From assembly GCA_013166775.1 (NCBI GenBank), contig JABLTJ010000008.1:52564-116563 (forward strand): a stretch of DNA of 64,000 nt, given 5' to 3'. This document shows, piece after piece, positions 9,755 to 20,200 of the stretch (its first letter is position 1; every line of letters begins with the position of its first letter). The DNA comes from Promethearchaeati archaeon. GTDB taxonomy: Archaea > Asgardarchaeota > Heimdallarchaeia > Heimdallarchaeales > Heimdallarchaeaceae. The translations under genes were made by a program, and so were the position numbers. The notes beneath the pieces are model-generated. The model ran no database searches. It saw nothing but the letters and a program-made list of their open reading frames with translations, and was not told where the DNA came from.

Positions 9755-9964
9755 TTTAAATCACATTCCACAACTTTACTTACAATTAATTATGTTTGAA
9801 ACTTATTATTATAATGTTTTGTTCGTTTTCGCATTTAATGTTTTTCTGTGTTTCAATAAGAAACTGAAGATGATTATAGTTGTTGGATTTTCATTCAAAT
9901 AAAGAGTTTTAAGAAAATGACAAAGGAGATAAAGTTAAAAAAACCCTAATTTTGATATGTTAAT

Positions 9965-10981
9965 ATGATTGAAAAAGATAGAGCAGAATTTTGTGCTTTC
10001 CATTATACAAATGAAACAGACGGGAAGTGCACCTTATGTGGTCTTACACTGTGTAATTTAGATCAGCAATATAATATTGCAGCTGAAAGAATCTGCCAGC
10101 TTTGTTATAATATTTCCAGAGCCAGAAAACTAATAAAATATTTCCAATTCGGTCTTTGGGGTATTGCAATAGCGATTTTTATTATAATTTGGCAAGTTAC
10201 TGATGAATTAAATCTCTTTGCTCTAATCCCACTACTTCTAGTACTAGTGTTCCCCTATCTTATGAGACCATTAATCATGAAACTTTACTTTAGAGAATTA
10301 TCGCCCAAAGAATCTGTGTTACCTATCATACGATATTTTGAAGCATCAGGGAATCAAGATCATTACAAGATATTCATGAAAATCCTGAGTAAGCTTCCAG
10401 AAGAAGAAAAGAGTGAAATTAAAACCAAGTTATTTGATTACTTAGTACCAGCTTTAGCATTCAATTATGCAAAGCTTCCAGAAGAATGGGATACTGAATT
10501 GGTTGAAAAACTAAAAATGTCAAAGGATGAATTTGTGGGGATTCTTCTTAGTGAATACAGAAAAACTCTGATACAAACTGCTGTTCATAATCCACAAGAA
10601 AATTTTTCAAAATTCCTCATCTATCTAAGTGAAAAGGCTCAAGATAAAGATTTACTCAAAGAATATATCAATGAAATAACATCTAAAGATGTAATCTCTT
10701 CAACAGATGAAGAGCTAAATACTATTTACAACAAACTTCTTGAGGAATTATACCTGTATGAAGAAAAATTCAATGAAATCTGTGACGAACTCAAACTTAC
10801 AAAACAGAAAGATCTGATTGCTCAATTACTAGAACGTTATGAACCTCCTCCTGTTCCAAAGAATCAGATTGAAGCAGTTTTAACTATTGACCAGCTAAAG
10901 GAAAAGCGAAGAAAGGAAAACGAGCAACCACAAGTTGTTATCTCTAATCCAAACGATGAACAACAGATTGTGATAGAATAA
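9965..10981 (+). CDS. Membrane protein with N-terminal B-box-like zinc finger, 2 TM helices and helical C-terminal domain
   Basis: CAFH-x8-CTLC-x4-C...CQLC, then two hydrophobic segments. Confidence 0.65.
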   Translation: MIEKDRAEFCAFHYTNETDGKCTLCGLTLCNLDQQYNIAAERICQLCYNISRARKLIKYFQFGLWGIAIAIFIIIWQVTDELNLFALIPLLLVLVFPYLMRPLIMKLYFRELSPKESVLPIIRYFEASGNQDHYKIFMKILSKLPEEEKSEIKTKLFDYLVPALAFNYAKLPEEWDTELVEKLKMSKDEFVGILLSEYRKTLIQTAVHNPQENFSKFLIYLSEKAQDKDLLKEYINEITSKDVISSTDEELNTIYNKLLEELYLYEEKFNEICDELKLTKQKDLIAQLLERYEPPPVPKNQIEAVLTIDQLKEKRRKENEQPQVVISNPNDEQQIVIE

Positions 10982-11055
10982 GAATAATATTCTTCCCCTA
11001 TTTTTAATTTTTGTCAGCAATAAGAACTAATAAAACACACATTTGTTTTATAAGC

Positions 11056-11134
11056 TGAGAATAGTGGACATGAAGAATAATAACAACCACTGAGTTTGTG
11101 ATTTACCTAGCTCACTCTGATTACACTATTCTCA
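11056..11134 (+). ncRNA. Probable C/D-box methylation guide sRNA
   Basis: 11-bp perfect terminal stem (11056-11066/11124-11134); box C ATGAAGA 11070-11076; D' CTGA 11090-11093; C'-like GTGATTT 11098-11104; D CTGA 11117-11120; guides of 13 and 12 nt. Confidence 0.75.
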
Positions 11135-11201
11135 TTTTCATCGAAACTCTTAATAGCAATTTTTTTTCTCAATTAGATGAAAGGTTCAGTGGTCGCTTTT
11201 A

Positions 11202-12839
11202 ATGGATGAAAAGAACTCCCAAAAACAGCATAAGTCTAGATTTTGGAGAATAACAGGCACATCACTTTATTTCTTCACACTAGTTGTCTTAGTTGTTGGT
11301 TTAATTTACCTCATATGGTCTTCGAGATTAATCATAATGGAGAGAAGACTTTTTCCAAATGATTTTTCAATTGGTGCAGTCATACTGAACTTCTTATCAC
11401 TACTTGTTGAGGTTATAGGAATTCTCTACACTGTTATGCTCTTCAAACATATAGGAACAACAAGTTACCACTCTCCCATTGATGTTAACCAAAAGAGTAT
11501 TACTATCGAAGAATATCCTCAAGTAAGTGTATTAATTCCTATTCATGAAGCCATCCCTAGTATTTTGGAATTAACTCTAAAATCAGTAATAAATTCCAAT
11601 TATCCAAGAGAAAAAATAGAGATTATATTAGGCGATGATACGAACGAAAATTATGACAAACTTCCTCAAATCAGAGAATTAGCATCAAGATATGATTCTT
11701 CTTACATACATGATATCTCCAACTTGAATTTTAAGGCGGGAATGCTAAACATTATGTTAAAAGAGATTAAATCAGAATTCATAGTTTTCCTTGATTATGA
11801 TCATAAAATGTCCAAGAACTTTCTAAAACAATCTATTAGTATTTTAGTTGAAGATGATAAATTAGCATTTGCTCAATCTAAAGTGAATTTTTACAATATT
11901 CAATCAAAACTCCAAATATGGGAATCAGTAATGTATGCGCAGTTTTTCGAAATTTTCCAGCGTTCAAAGAATCAAAGACAAACAGTACTCTTTAATGGTT
12001 CAACTGCCTGTTTTCGTAAAAAAATCTTGGACGAAATTGGAGGAGTACCTATCAACACGTTTACTGAAGACATAGATCTTTCGATACAAATATTGTCTAA
12101 AGGCTATTCATCTAGATTAATAGATGATTATGGAAGTTTAGGATTAATTCCCGCTAACTTTTCTTTATTGCTATCCCAAATATTACGCTGGGCAAAAGGT
12201 AGTATGCATACGCTGAAGAAAAGATGGAGAAAAATACTTTTTTCCAAATTATCATTTTATGATAAAGTGGATCTTTTCTTTAGTACCTCTCTCTTCTTCA
12301 TAGCGTCCTCTATGTATTTGACGATTTTATTCTACGTAATTATGTTTTTCACAGGGAACAAAGCGGTAAGATTACCTATACAGGATTTTCTCCCTTTAAT
12401 CATAATGCCTATATCCTTCGTTATTGCCTATCAGATTTCTGGTTTAATTGCAATAATTTTTGCAAGAAAAAATGGCTTAACCCACATGAAAATTTATGAT
12501 TTAGTATTATTCTCAATTATTGCTTTAGCCCTAAATCCATTTACAGTATATGCCGTTTTAAAGACTGTTTTTAGAGTTAGACCACCAGAAAAAGGAAGAG
12601 ATACTTGGAATGAAAAAATTCCAATTATTCCATTTTCATTACTCTTTACATTATTGGGAGTTGGAATACTGATTATTGCATTCTTTGATTTCTTTGGAGG
12701 AACTAAAACACTATGGTTAGTCCTGTTTTTACTAGGGTCATCGTTAATAGCAACTTTTCCTGTCTCCCTTTATTACCACCTTACAACTCGCCATAACAAA
12801 CCTTATTTTTACCAACATTTATCACAAGATATTGAGTAG
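11202..12839 (+). CDS. Processive GT2 glycosyltransferase, cellulose synthase (BcsA)-like
   Basis: GDDT, FKAG, DYD, FNGSTACFR, TED, QILRW motifs; 2 N-terminal and several C-terminal TM helices. Confidence 0.9.
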   Translation: MDEKNSQKQHKSRFWRITGTSLYFFTLVVLVVGLIYLIWSSRLIIMERRLFPNDFSIGAVILNFLSLLVEVIGILYTVMLFKHIGTTSYHSPIDVNQKSITIEEYPQVSVLIPIHEAIPSILELTLKSVINSNYPREKIEIILGDDTNENYDKLPQIRELASRYDSSYIHDISNLNFKAGMLNIMLKEIKSEFIVFLDYDHKMSKNFLKQSISILVEDDKLAFAQSKVNFYNIQSKLQIWESVMYAQFFEIFQRSKNQRQTVLFNGSTACFRKKILDEIGGVPINTFTEDIDLSIQILSKGYSSRLIDDYGSLGLIPANFSLLLSQILRWAKGSMHTLKKRWRKILFSKLSFYDKVDLFFSTSLFFIASSMYLTILFYVIMFFTGNKAVRLPIQDFLPLIIMPISFVIAYQISGLIAIIFARKNGLTHMKIYDLVLFSIIALALNPFTVYAVLKTVFRVRPPEKGRDTWNEKIPIIPFSLLFTLLGVGILIIAFFDFFGGTKTLWLVLFLLGSSLIATFPVSLYYHLTTRHNKPYFYQHLSQDIE

Positions 12840-12845
12840 ATCTGT

Positions 12846-14495
12846 ATGAAATGGAAAAAAGTACTTTGGTATAGTTTAACCATTTTGTTACTTGGTTTTC
12901 TAACATACTACATTATTTTCAGTACTGTTCACATAATTAGAGAATTTTCCAGAACAGATGCTATCTGGAAACAGGTTATTACTCTTATTTGTAATTTTAT
13001 CATTCTCTTAGCAGAACTTTTTTCCGCCTTTTATTCAGTCTTTATTTATTATTTTATTGGTTCTTCTTCCAATTATAAAATAATAAAAGATGAAAAGAAT
13101 TCTTTTCTTACTCAAGACCCTCTTCCAAAAGTTGTTGTTGCAATCCCATTGTATAAAGAACCTTTAGCAGTTGTATCAGAAACTATCAAGGGAGCATTAC
13201 AGATTGATTACCCAAAGGATAGGTTTGAGGTAATAATTTTGGATGATAGTCCTCCTGACCATTCAACAGATATTGAATTCTTCTGCAAAGAAAATGGTGT
13301 GGGTTTTGTACAAAGAAAATCAAGAAAAGGTTTCAAAGCAGGTGCAATCAACAATCTTCTGAAACAGATTGAATGCGACTTTTTCAGTGTTCTTGATTCT
13401 GATCACATTCCTACTCCTAATTTCATAAAAACATGCTTATCTGGCTTTGTTTCTGATGATATAGTGCTAGTACAGGGAAAACCAATGTTTGTCAACCAAG
13501 ATGATTATTTGATGAGAAGCAGTGCATATATTCATACTCAATTCTTCCATATCTACCAAAAAAGTAGGGGAACTAGAGGTGGGGTGATTTTTGCAGGAAC
13601 AACTGGTATGTTTCGTGCTGATTTATTAAAGCAATTTGGAGGTTTTCTTGAAGACACTTTGGCTGAAGACACAGATACATCTTTTGCTCTAATGTCAGAA
13701 GGATACAAGACAAACTACATTCATGAAATTTGTTCTAAGGGTTTAGTACCTTGGAATCCGATCAGTATGATTAATCAAGTTTGGAGGTGGACTAACGGAA
13801 TTACCTCGATTTTTCGAAAGAGACTCCTTAGAATTCTTAGAGGAAAAAATTCATTCATTAATAAATTAGACATTATGAGCACAATTTCCACCCCCATAAT
13901 AGGTGTATCAATATGGTTTGTTAACCTATTGCTCTATATAATGTATAAGACAGGAATAGAATTTCTTAGACCCGATTTAGCTCAAACTATACCTCTCTTA
14001 TTGCTTGCTCCTATTCTAATTTCATTTGCAAGTTTGATTATGGCATTAGTGTCCTGGCGAAGAGAAGAAAAAGAAGATCGGATGATACGACTTCGAGGTT
14101 TCTTTGGAATGATATGGACAATATTAGCATTTTATTTACTAATGCTTACAGCTCAATCATTCCTTGTTTGGGCAGTTTTGAGTGCTTTATTTGGAGTTAA
14201 GAAGGATTTTGATAGAACAGTGAAAGAAAAGACCATTACCATGGGGAAGATGAGTCAGAAACTTAAATATACTATTTGGTCTTTAGGATTGTTAGGATTG
14301 TCAATATTATACTACATTGCAAGCTGGGAAACATTCAAAGCTGGAAATGCTCTCTTTGGATGGTTTATTATAGCTGCAATTTCAATAACTATACCAATAA
14401 TTATAACCATTACACAGTTTAGAAAATTAGAAATAATGAAAATATTTGCAGCGACAAAAACTGCTGCTGATGTTGAAAAAGAATACGGGGAATAG
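12846..14495 (+). CDS. Second processive GT2 glycosyltransferase, cellulose synthase-like
   Basis: DDS, GFKAGAIN, DSDH, FAGTTGMFR, AED, QVWRW; same TM layout. Confidence 0.9.
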   Translation: MKWKKVLWYSLTILLLGFLTYYIIFSTVHIIREFSRTDAIWKQVITLICNFIILLAELFSAFYSVFIYYFIGSSSNYKIIKDEKNSFLTQDPLPKVVVAIPLYKEPLAVVSETIKGALQIDYPKDRFEVIILDDSPPDHSTDIEFFCKENGVGFVQRKSRKGFKAGAINNLLKQIECDFFSVLDSDHIPTPNFIKTCLSGFVSDDIVLVQGKPMFVNQDDYLMRSSAYIHTQFFHIYQKSRGTRGGVIFAGTTGMFRADLLKQFGGFLEDTLAEDTDTSFALMSEGYKTNYIHEICSKGLVPWNPISMINQVWRWTNGITSIFRKRLLRILRGKNSFINKLDIMSTISTPIIGVSIWFVNLLLYIMYKTGIEFLRPDLAQTIPLLLLAPILISFASLIMALVSWRREEKEDRMIRLRGFFGMIWTILAFYLLMLTAQSFLVWAVLSALFGVKKDFDRTVKEKTITMGKMSQKLKYTIWSLGLLGLSILYYIASWETFKAGNALFGWFIIAAISITIPIIITITQFRKLEIMKIFAATKTAADVEKEYGE

Positions 14496-14498
14496 AAA

Positions 14499-17273
14499 AT
14501 GGAAATAATTGATACAAGAATCATTCTTCCGATAATTTCAATTCTAGCTGTTGGTTTCTTGGAGGTCGATATAATCAAAAAATGGTTATTGAAAATCAAA
14601 ACCTCGAATACATTCCTCGAATATCTTCTCGAATCATTAGTTATGGGAACGCTTTCATTAGTCATTCCAATGCTAGCTCTTGGGATTTTAGCTGATCGCA
14701 TTAATAGTAGTAAGTTACTAGAACGATTTGTTTACGTCTATTTTGCAATAGGATTATCCTATATGGTTTTCAAAATATATATTTGGATAAGGAGAAAATT
14801 ACCAAAATTTGTTCTAAGTGAAAAAGAGAAAATCCCAAGAACAGTTGAAACTTTATTGATAATCATAGCATTATTAATGTTATTCTTCTATACTTTGCAA
14901 GGGTTAGTTTATCCTTTACGAGGTTGGGATTTTTTGCATTTCTACCTACCAAATTCATTTAGACTATATTTAACTGGACAATTAGGAGAGATTAATGAAT
15001 TAAACTTCTATCCCCAGTTTAAGCCACCCCTAAATGTTTTATTATATGCATACGTTTTCTTTGTTACTCAATCAGAAATGTTACATTTGATTCCAATTAT
15101 GTATCTTGCAGGTACAGTTTACCTTTGTTATAAGATTGCAAGATTTGAAGGAATATCAAAACGTAACTCACTTATCGCTTCTATTGCATTCTTGGCGACA
15201 CCATTTGTTTTTTTCCTAGTGTATGAATTTCAGTACTATCAAGAAACGTATGTGATGTTTTTTACGACTGCTGCTTTTTACTTCTTCAGAAGGTTTTTCA
15301 AAGAAAGCAAAACGAAGAATAAATTCTACTTTGCAATTTTAGTCTCACTATCTCTTTCTGGATGCATTCTTAGTAAAGTTAGTGGTTTCATTATTCCTAT
15401 TGTTTTATTTGTAGCAATGCCATCTGACAAAATAGGAAAAGTATTTCGAATTCTAATTGTTGCTGGCATCTCTTTTCAGTTAGTACGCAAATCTATTTTC
15501 GAGATATATCTAGGCACTAGCATACTAATTTCGTTGCTTGCCATTTATTGTATATTTTTAGTAATTAAAAGTAAAACTTTATCTTTCTCTTACAAACGAT
15601 GGAGTTTTATTCTAGGCATATATCTCCTCCCTCTTACCATTGGAATCTTATGGGGGGTATACATACTCACAATTCCAGGAGTTCAAGATTACTTATTTGA
15701 TCTCTATGTAAATCTACAATACAATCAAGTAAGATTTCAATGGCCTGGTATTGCTATACCTGAAGCTTCAACTTATCTAGAAAATGCCCATACTGCAACA
15801 TTCGTTTCATCATCATTTTCTATACTGTTTGCGTCAATGTTTGCGGGGACATGGGCTTTATTTAAGATTGTAGGTTTCATTAAATCTCATGGAAAATACA
15901 ATGAACTTCTTTTATGGTTAGTTTTCTTCTTTGTTATTTGGCAAGGTTTTTTCGCTAAAGGTTCAATAAGATATATGTCTCCAATAATTGTTCCCTTATC
16001 CATAGTTTTTGTTATAGGATTAACTTCAGTTGTTGAATTCTTTAATAAAAGGGATGGTAAAGACAGAGATGGCTTTTTAGCTATTATTTTTATTATCGCA
16101 AGTGCTTATCTTTCTCTTTATCCGATAATGCCTTTTGAAATAGTAAAAGAGAATTTTCATCTTCGATGGTATTATGCTCATTATAAGATAGGTTCACTTA
16201 TCGGATATGTTCTACTATTTAGTTTGTTTACTATCTTTCTGATATGGCAAGAAAAAAGGTTGAAAATAAGCTTTTCAATGATATATTCGAAGAAGTTTAA
16301 TTTTAGGAAAATACTTTCTGGTTTTCTTATATTCATACTCTTCTTTGTTCCTTTTGGTGCTCAGGCTGCTCTTCTTATTTATGTAAACTTTGATCTCAAT
16401 GCATTTCAGAGTGAGTATTGCCACTATACTAGAACAGAATACATGGAATTAATTGATGCCATTAATAGATTAGGATTTACTGATGATCAAGTAGTTTTTT
16501 CGCTCAATACACCAGGTTTAGAATATTATGCATCACAACCTGTGATTGATATGTTCATGCTGAGTATAATTAAAGAAGCCGGACTCGGTAATACGACGTT
16601 TCCATTGAGCATAAGAAATGTCACGAAAATGTTGGGATTCTTTGAAACTTATAACGTCGCAATATTTGTTACTCTAAATACGACACATGATTGGTATCCA
16701 GCTTTCCTAGTTCAATACTACTGGCAATATTTCATATACCGTTTCTTATACAACAATCTCTATTTCAATTTAAGATTCTCAAATTCGGAATTTATGATGT
16801 TTACTATAAACTCATATGATCCATATATTGGACCAGTTGATATTCAAATCGTAGGAGGAACTGATAAAGAAAGTCTCCTGGCTCCGAATCCTAACCCTGT
16901 TCATGTAAATGCTAATACTTCCACAATTGATGCTTTATTCGATTTAACTTCAGTACCAAGTACAAAACCTGTGAACGTTAGTATCGAAACTGGATACTCA
17001 ACTTCCTCTAATAGCACTCCTAGAACTCAAACCAGTTTTTACAGTAATGCAAAACCAACTGAAGAAGATTTTACTATAATTCATCTATTTAGTTTACCAG
17101 CAGAGACTGTTATGTTAATGTACATTGATATCTCTATAATCTATGAAGATTATGAAGGAGTTGTTGAAGAAGTGAATTATCTCCTAGCTCCAATGTTTGG
17201 GAGTTCGGTGAATATTACACGACAAGCTAATTCTTGGAATTATACCGGATATTATGGTTTCACCTTTCATTAA
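14499..17273 (+). CDS. Large polytopic GT-C-fold glycosyltransferase (PMT/ArnT-like) with C-terminal extracellular domain
   Basis: GWDFLHFYLP first loop, FKPPL, LSKVSG, SIRY motifs; many TM helices. Confidence 0.7.
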   Translation: MEIIDTRIILPIISILAVGFLEVDIIKKWLLKIKTSNTFLEYLLESLVMGTLSLVIPMLALGILADRINSSKLLERFVYVYFAIGLSYMVFKIYIWIRRKLPKFVLSEKEKIPRTVETLLIIIALLMLFFYTLQGLVYPLRGWDFLHFYLPNSFRLYLTGQLGEINELNFYPQFKPPLNVLLYAYVFFVTQSEMLHLIPIMYLAGTVYLCYKIARFEGISKRNSLIASIAFLATPFVFFLVYEFQYYQETYVMFFTTAAFYFFRRFFKESKTKNKFYFAILVSLSLSGCILSKVSGFIIPIVLFVAMPSDKIGKVFRILIVAGISFQLVRKSIFEIYLGTSILISLLAIYCIFLVIKSKTLSFSYKRWSFILGIYLLPLTIGILWGVYILTIPGVQDYLFDLYVNLQYNQVRFQWPGIAIPEASTYLENAHTATFVSSSFSILFASMFAGTWALFKIVGFIKSHGKYNELLLWLVFFFVIWQGFFAKGSIRYMSPIIVPLSIVFVIGLTSVVEFFNKRDGKDRDGFLAIIFIIASAYLSLYPIMPFEIVKENFHLRWYYAHYKIGSLIGYVLLFSLFTIFLIWQEKRLKISFSMIYSKKFNFRKILSGFLIFILFFVPFGAQAALLIYVNFDLNAFQSEYCHYTRTEYMELIDAINRLGFTDDQVVFSLNTPGLEYYASQPVIDMFMLSIIKEAGLGNTTFPLSIRNVTKMLGFFETYNVAIFVTLNTTHDWYPAFLVQYYWQYFIYRFLYNNLYFNLRFSNSEFMMFTINSYDPYIGPVDIQIVGGTDKESLLAPNPNPVHVNANTSTIDALFDLTSVPSTKPVNVSIETGYSTSSNSTPRTQTSFYSNAKPTEEDFTIIHLFSLPAETVMLMYIDISIIYEDYEGVVEEVNYLLAPMFGSSVNITRQANSWNYTGYYGFTFH

Positions 17274-17282
17274 AAACGATAC

Positions 17283-20200
17283 TTATCTTCTTGTATAAGT
17301 AATCTTCTTGATTTTCTTTGTTTTTCTTGCAATTAGAATTGAGGATATTAGAGCAGTTAATAGAATCAAAGCCATGTTTAGCAAAAACAGACCACCACCA
17401 CCTGAAGGTGAAAAAGTGTGACCAAAGAACACAGTTTGATTTACGTTAGCTAAAAGTTTTATAACCGCTGTTCCAATTCCATAACCAATTAACGATGCTA
17501 TTAATGAAACAAAACCTATTCGAGAGAATATAGCCATTATAGTATTAAGATTTGTCCCCCCTATCATCCTTACAATAGTAGTCTCACGTCTACTCTCTTT
17601 AAACACATTTTGTAGAATTGAATACATATTTACTATAACTACCAGAAGGATCAGGATGACCTCTGCGTATGCTAGTGTGTAAGTAAATAATAATGATCCT
17701 TTAAGATAATAGTCCATATATTCCAATGACGCTGAAATAATAAAAGCAAAACCTGCAATCGGTTTAAATGGTATCTTTAACCATTGTTCCTCAGTAACTG
17801 TTGGAAGTATAATTGTAATTGTCTCCTTTCCTGGTTCAAATGATCTCCTTAATTCGAGAATCTCCCCTGATTTTAGGGTAACAGTAACATTAACTAAGCT
17901 ATAAGAAATCCAGAGTGACACACCTGAATAAAGACCAGTTGTAGTGTGAATCTCTCCATCTATTGTTGTATTGAAAATTAATGGAATGTTGTACACCAAA
18001 GATCCATTATCATATCTGAAATCAAAAAATACCTCTCTTTTCGGTGATATAATTTTTAAGTATACTTCTTGATTGTTGGAATAGATTTGAAATGGTATAG
18101 AATATATTTTGCTTTGTATTTTGTAATAGCAAATGTAATCACCATTAAAGAACTGAGTGAAATATTGACCATTACTGTCTGTTACCAGTGTTCTTATTCT
18201 ATTACCTGAAGTATCTCTGATTACTAAAGATACATGATTCATTGGATAATTTGCATAAATATCTTGAACATTTATTGTTGCATTTAACCTACCAACTGAA
18301 ATCTCTCTCGTTAATCCTTCAGAGGTTTTTAGTTCATACATATATTGTTTACTTTTGTAGTTGAAACTTACATTATATTTACCAGTGAAGATATCAAAAG
18401 AAATCACTCCTTCTTCGTTTGTAATCCCTTGCCAGACAGTATCATTATAATAACTCTTTATTGAAATAGTAAGATCTTGAAGTGGAACAAATAAATCCCC
18501 GATTATCTCTTGGAGAGTTAGGTTAACATTAGCATAAGTTAACCCAGTTATAAATGAGTAACTAACCATCCGCTGATTGTAGTAAGAATCTGTAAGGGTG
18601 AATTTTAAGGTATGCTTTCCGTCTACACTATACTCCAAATAATAGAGTCTATCATAGACATAAACAGTATCTTCATTATCTAATTGAAAAAGAATTTCTG
18701 TTGCATCACTATCAAGATCAAGAAGAACTATAGATTCACCTTCTCCTTTTTGAGGGGAATTTATTTTGATTTGTGGTAAAGTTGTATCAATTATCAACCA
18801 TTGTTCATGTATATTTTCAATCATTCCAATTTGATATGAAATTGCAAAGAAATTACCATCAGTTAGGTGTAAAGATGTTTCGCCGTCTATTGTTTCATTA
18901 TAATCATAATATGGGAAGTATATACTAATATCTCCTGAATAACTTGAATTAACCGTAGTTGAGTATAGATATGATGAATTGAAACCATCAATTATTGTAA
19001 AACTCCATTTCCTTGCTCTGCTTTCAAATATATTTACTGCATATTTGATAGTGAGATTGTAATCACCTGGAAATAGATAAATCCTCTTTGGTTGTTCCAA
19101 GAGCCCCTGCACAGTAATAGAACCTTCAATTAGATATTCGATAGTAAAAACTGGTGTATTTGAGAAAACCTCAATATCAATAAATCCCTGGCTTATTATT
19201 CCATCAAGTTCATACAATAGATAAAAATCAATTGGCGTGCTACCCGTGAAATTCTCTGTGGTGAATTCATAATAGTATTTTACAATATTCCCAGCAAGAT
19301 CACATGCTGTAATGTTTAAGCTATGAACACCATTTTCTACTGGTACTTTTATTTTATTTTTATAATCAAAAGAGTAAGGTAAACTGTCCCATGAATACTT
19401 TAACCAAGATAAAGTTTCATTACTATCATAGAATATATTTTCTCCTGCCTCTAAGATCGTTTGATTCACATATGAAAGTGTAATATTGGGTGCAGAATTA
19501 TCTATAGTCAAATCATATGATCTATTGTGCCATTGGGATAGAACGTAAACTGAAAGGTATAAGGTATGATTACCTTCGTTTAAACTAGCTGTTGGTATGG
19601 TAAAACCAGGAGGAATTGAGGTATCTAATTGAGTGTCCCAACGGTATTGTGCAATTGTCGCTGCAAATTCATACCAAACATGCAGTTCTTCTCCTCCCAT
19701 AATTTGATAATGAATTGGTAATCCAATAAGTCCAATCTTCTGCGGACTGTTTTCTATAATAAAGAAAAATATCCATTCTTTACTTTCAGTTCCAGTTGCT
19801 GCTTTTACTATCAATTTATGAATACCAATCTCTGATGGACTTTTGATTTCATAACCTGTAAGTATATTCCATGCTTCATTATTCCATTTGTAAATTGCAG
19901 TTTGACAAACACAAAGTGATGTATTTAGAAATAGTGTTGTTGAAGGTGGTAAATGAGTACCATTAACAGCATTTGAAAATATTAGATTTTCAGGAAGACT
20001 ATGAGATACTGAAAAGAATACTGTCGTTTCTCCATAATTCTTACTCCTATCTTCGCTTCCTGGATAATCTTTATTGAATACAATAACTGTGATGGAATGG
20101 ACTCCCTCATCAAAAGGGACTAAGATTCCTGGAGGAGCAATCTCTCCTTCTTCAGCTATATAATATTCTCTCAGATCTCCAAAGTTTCCATCTGCATAGT

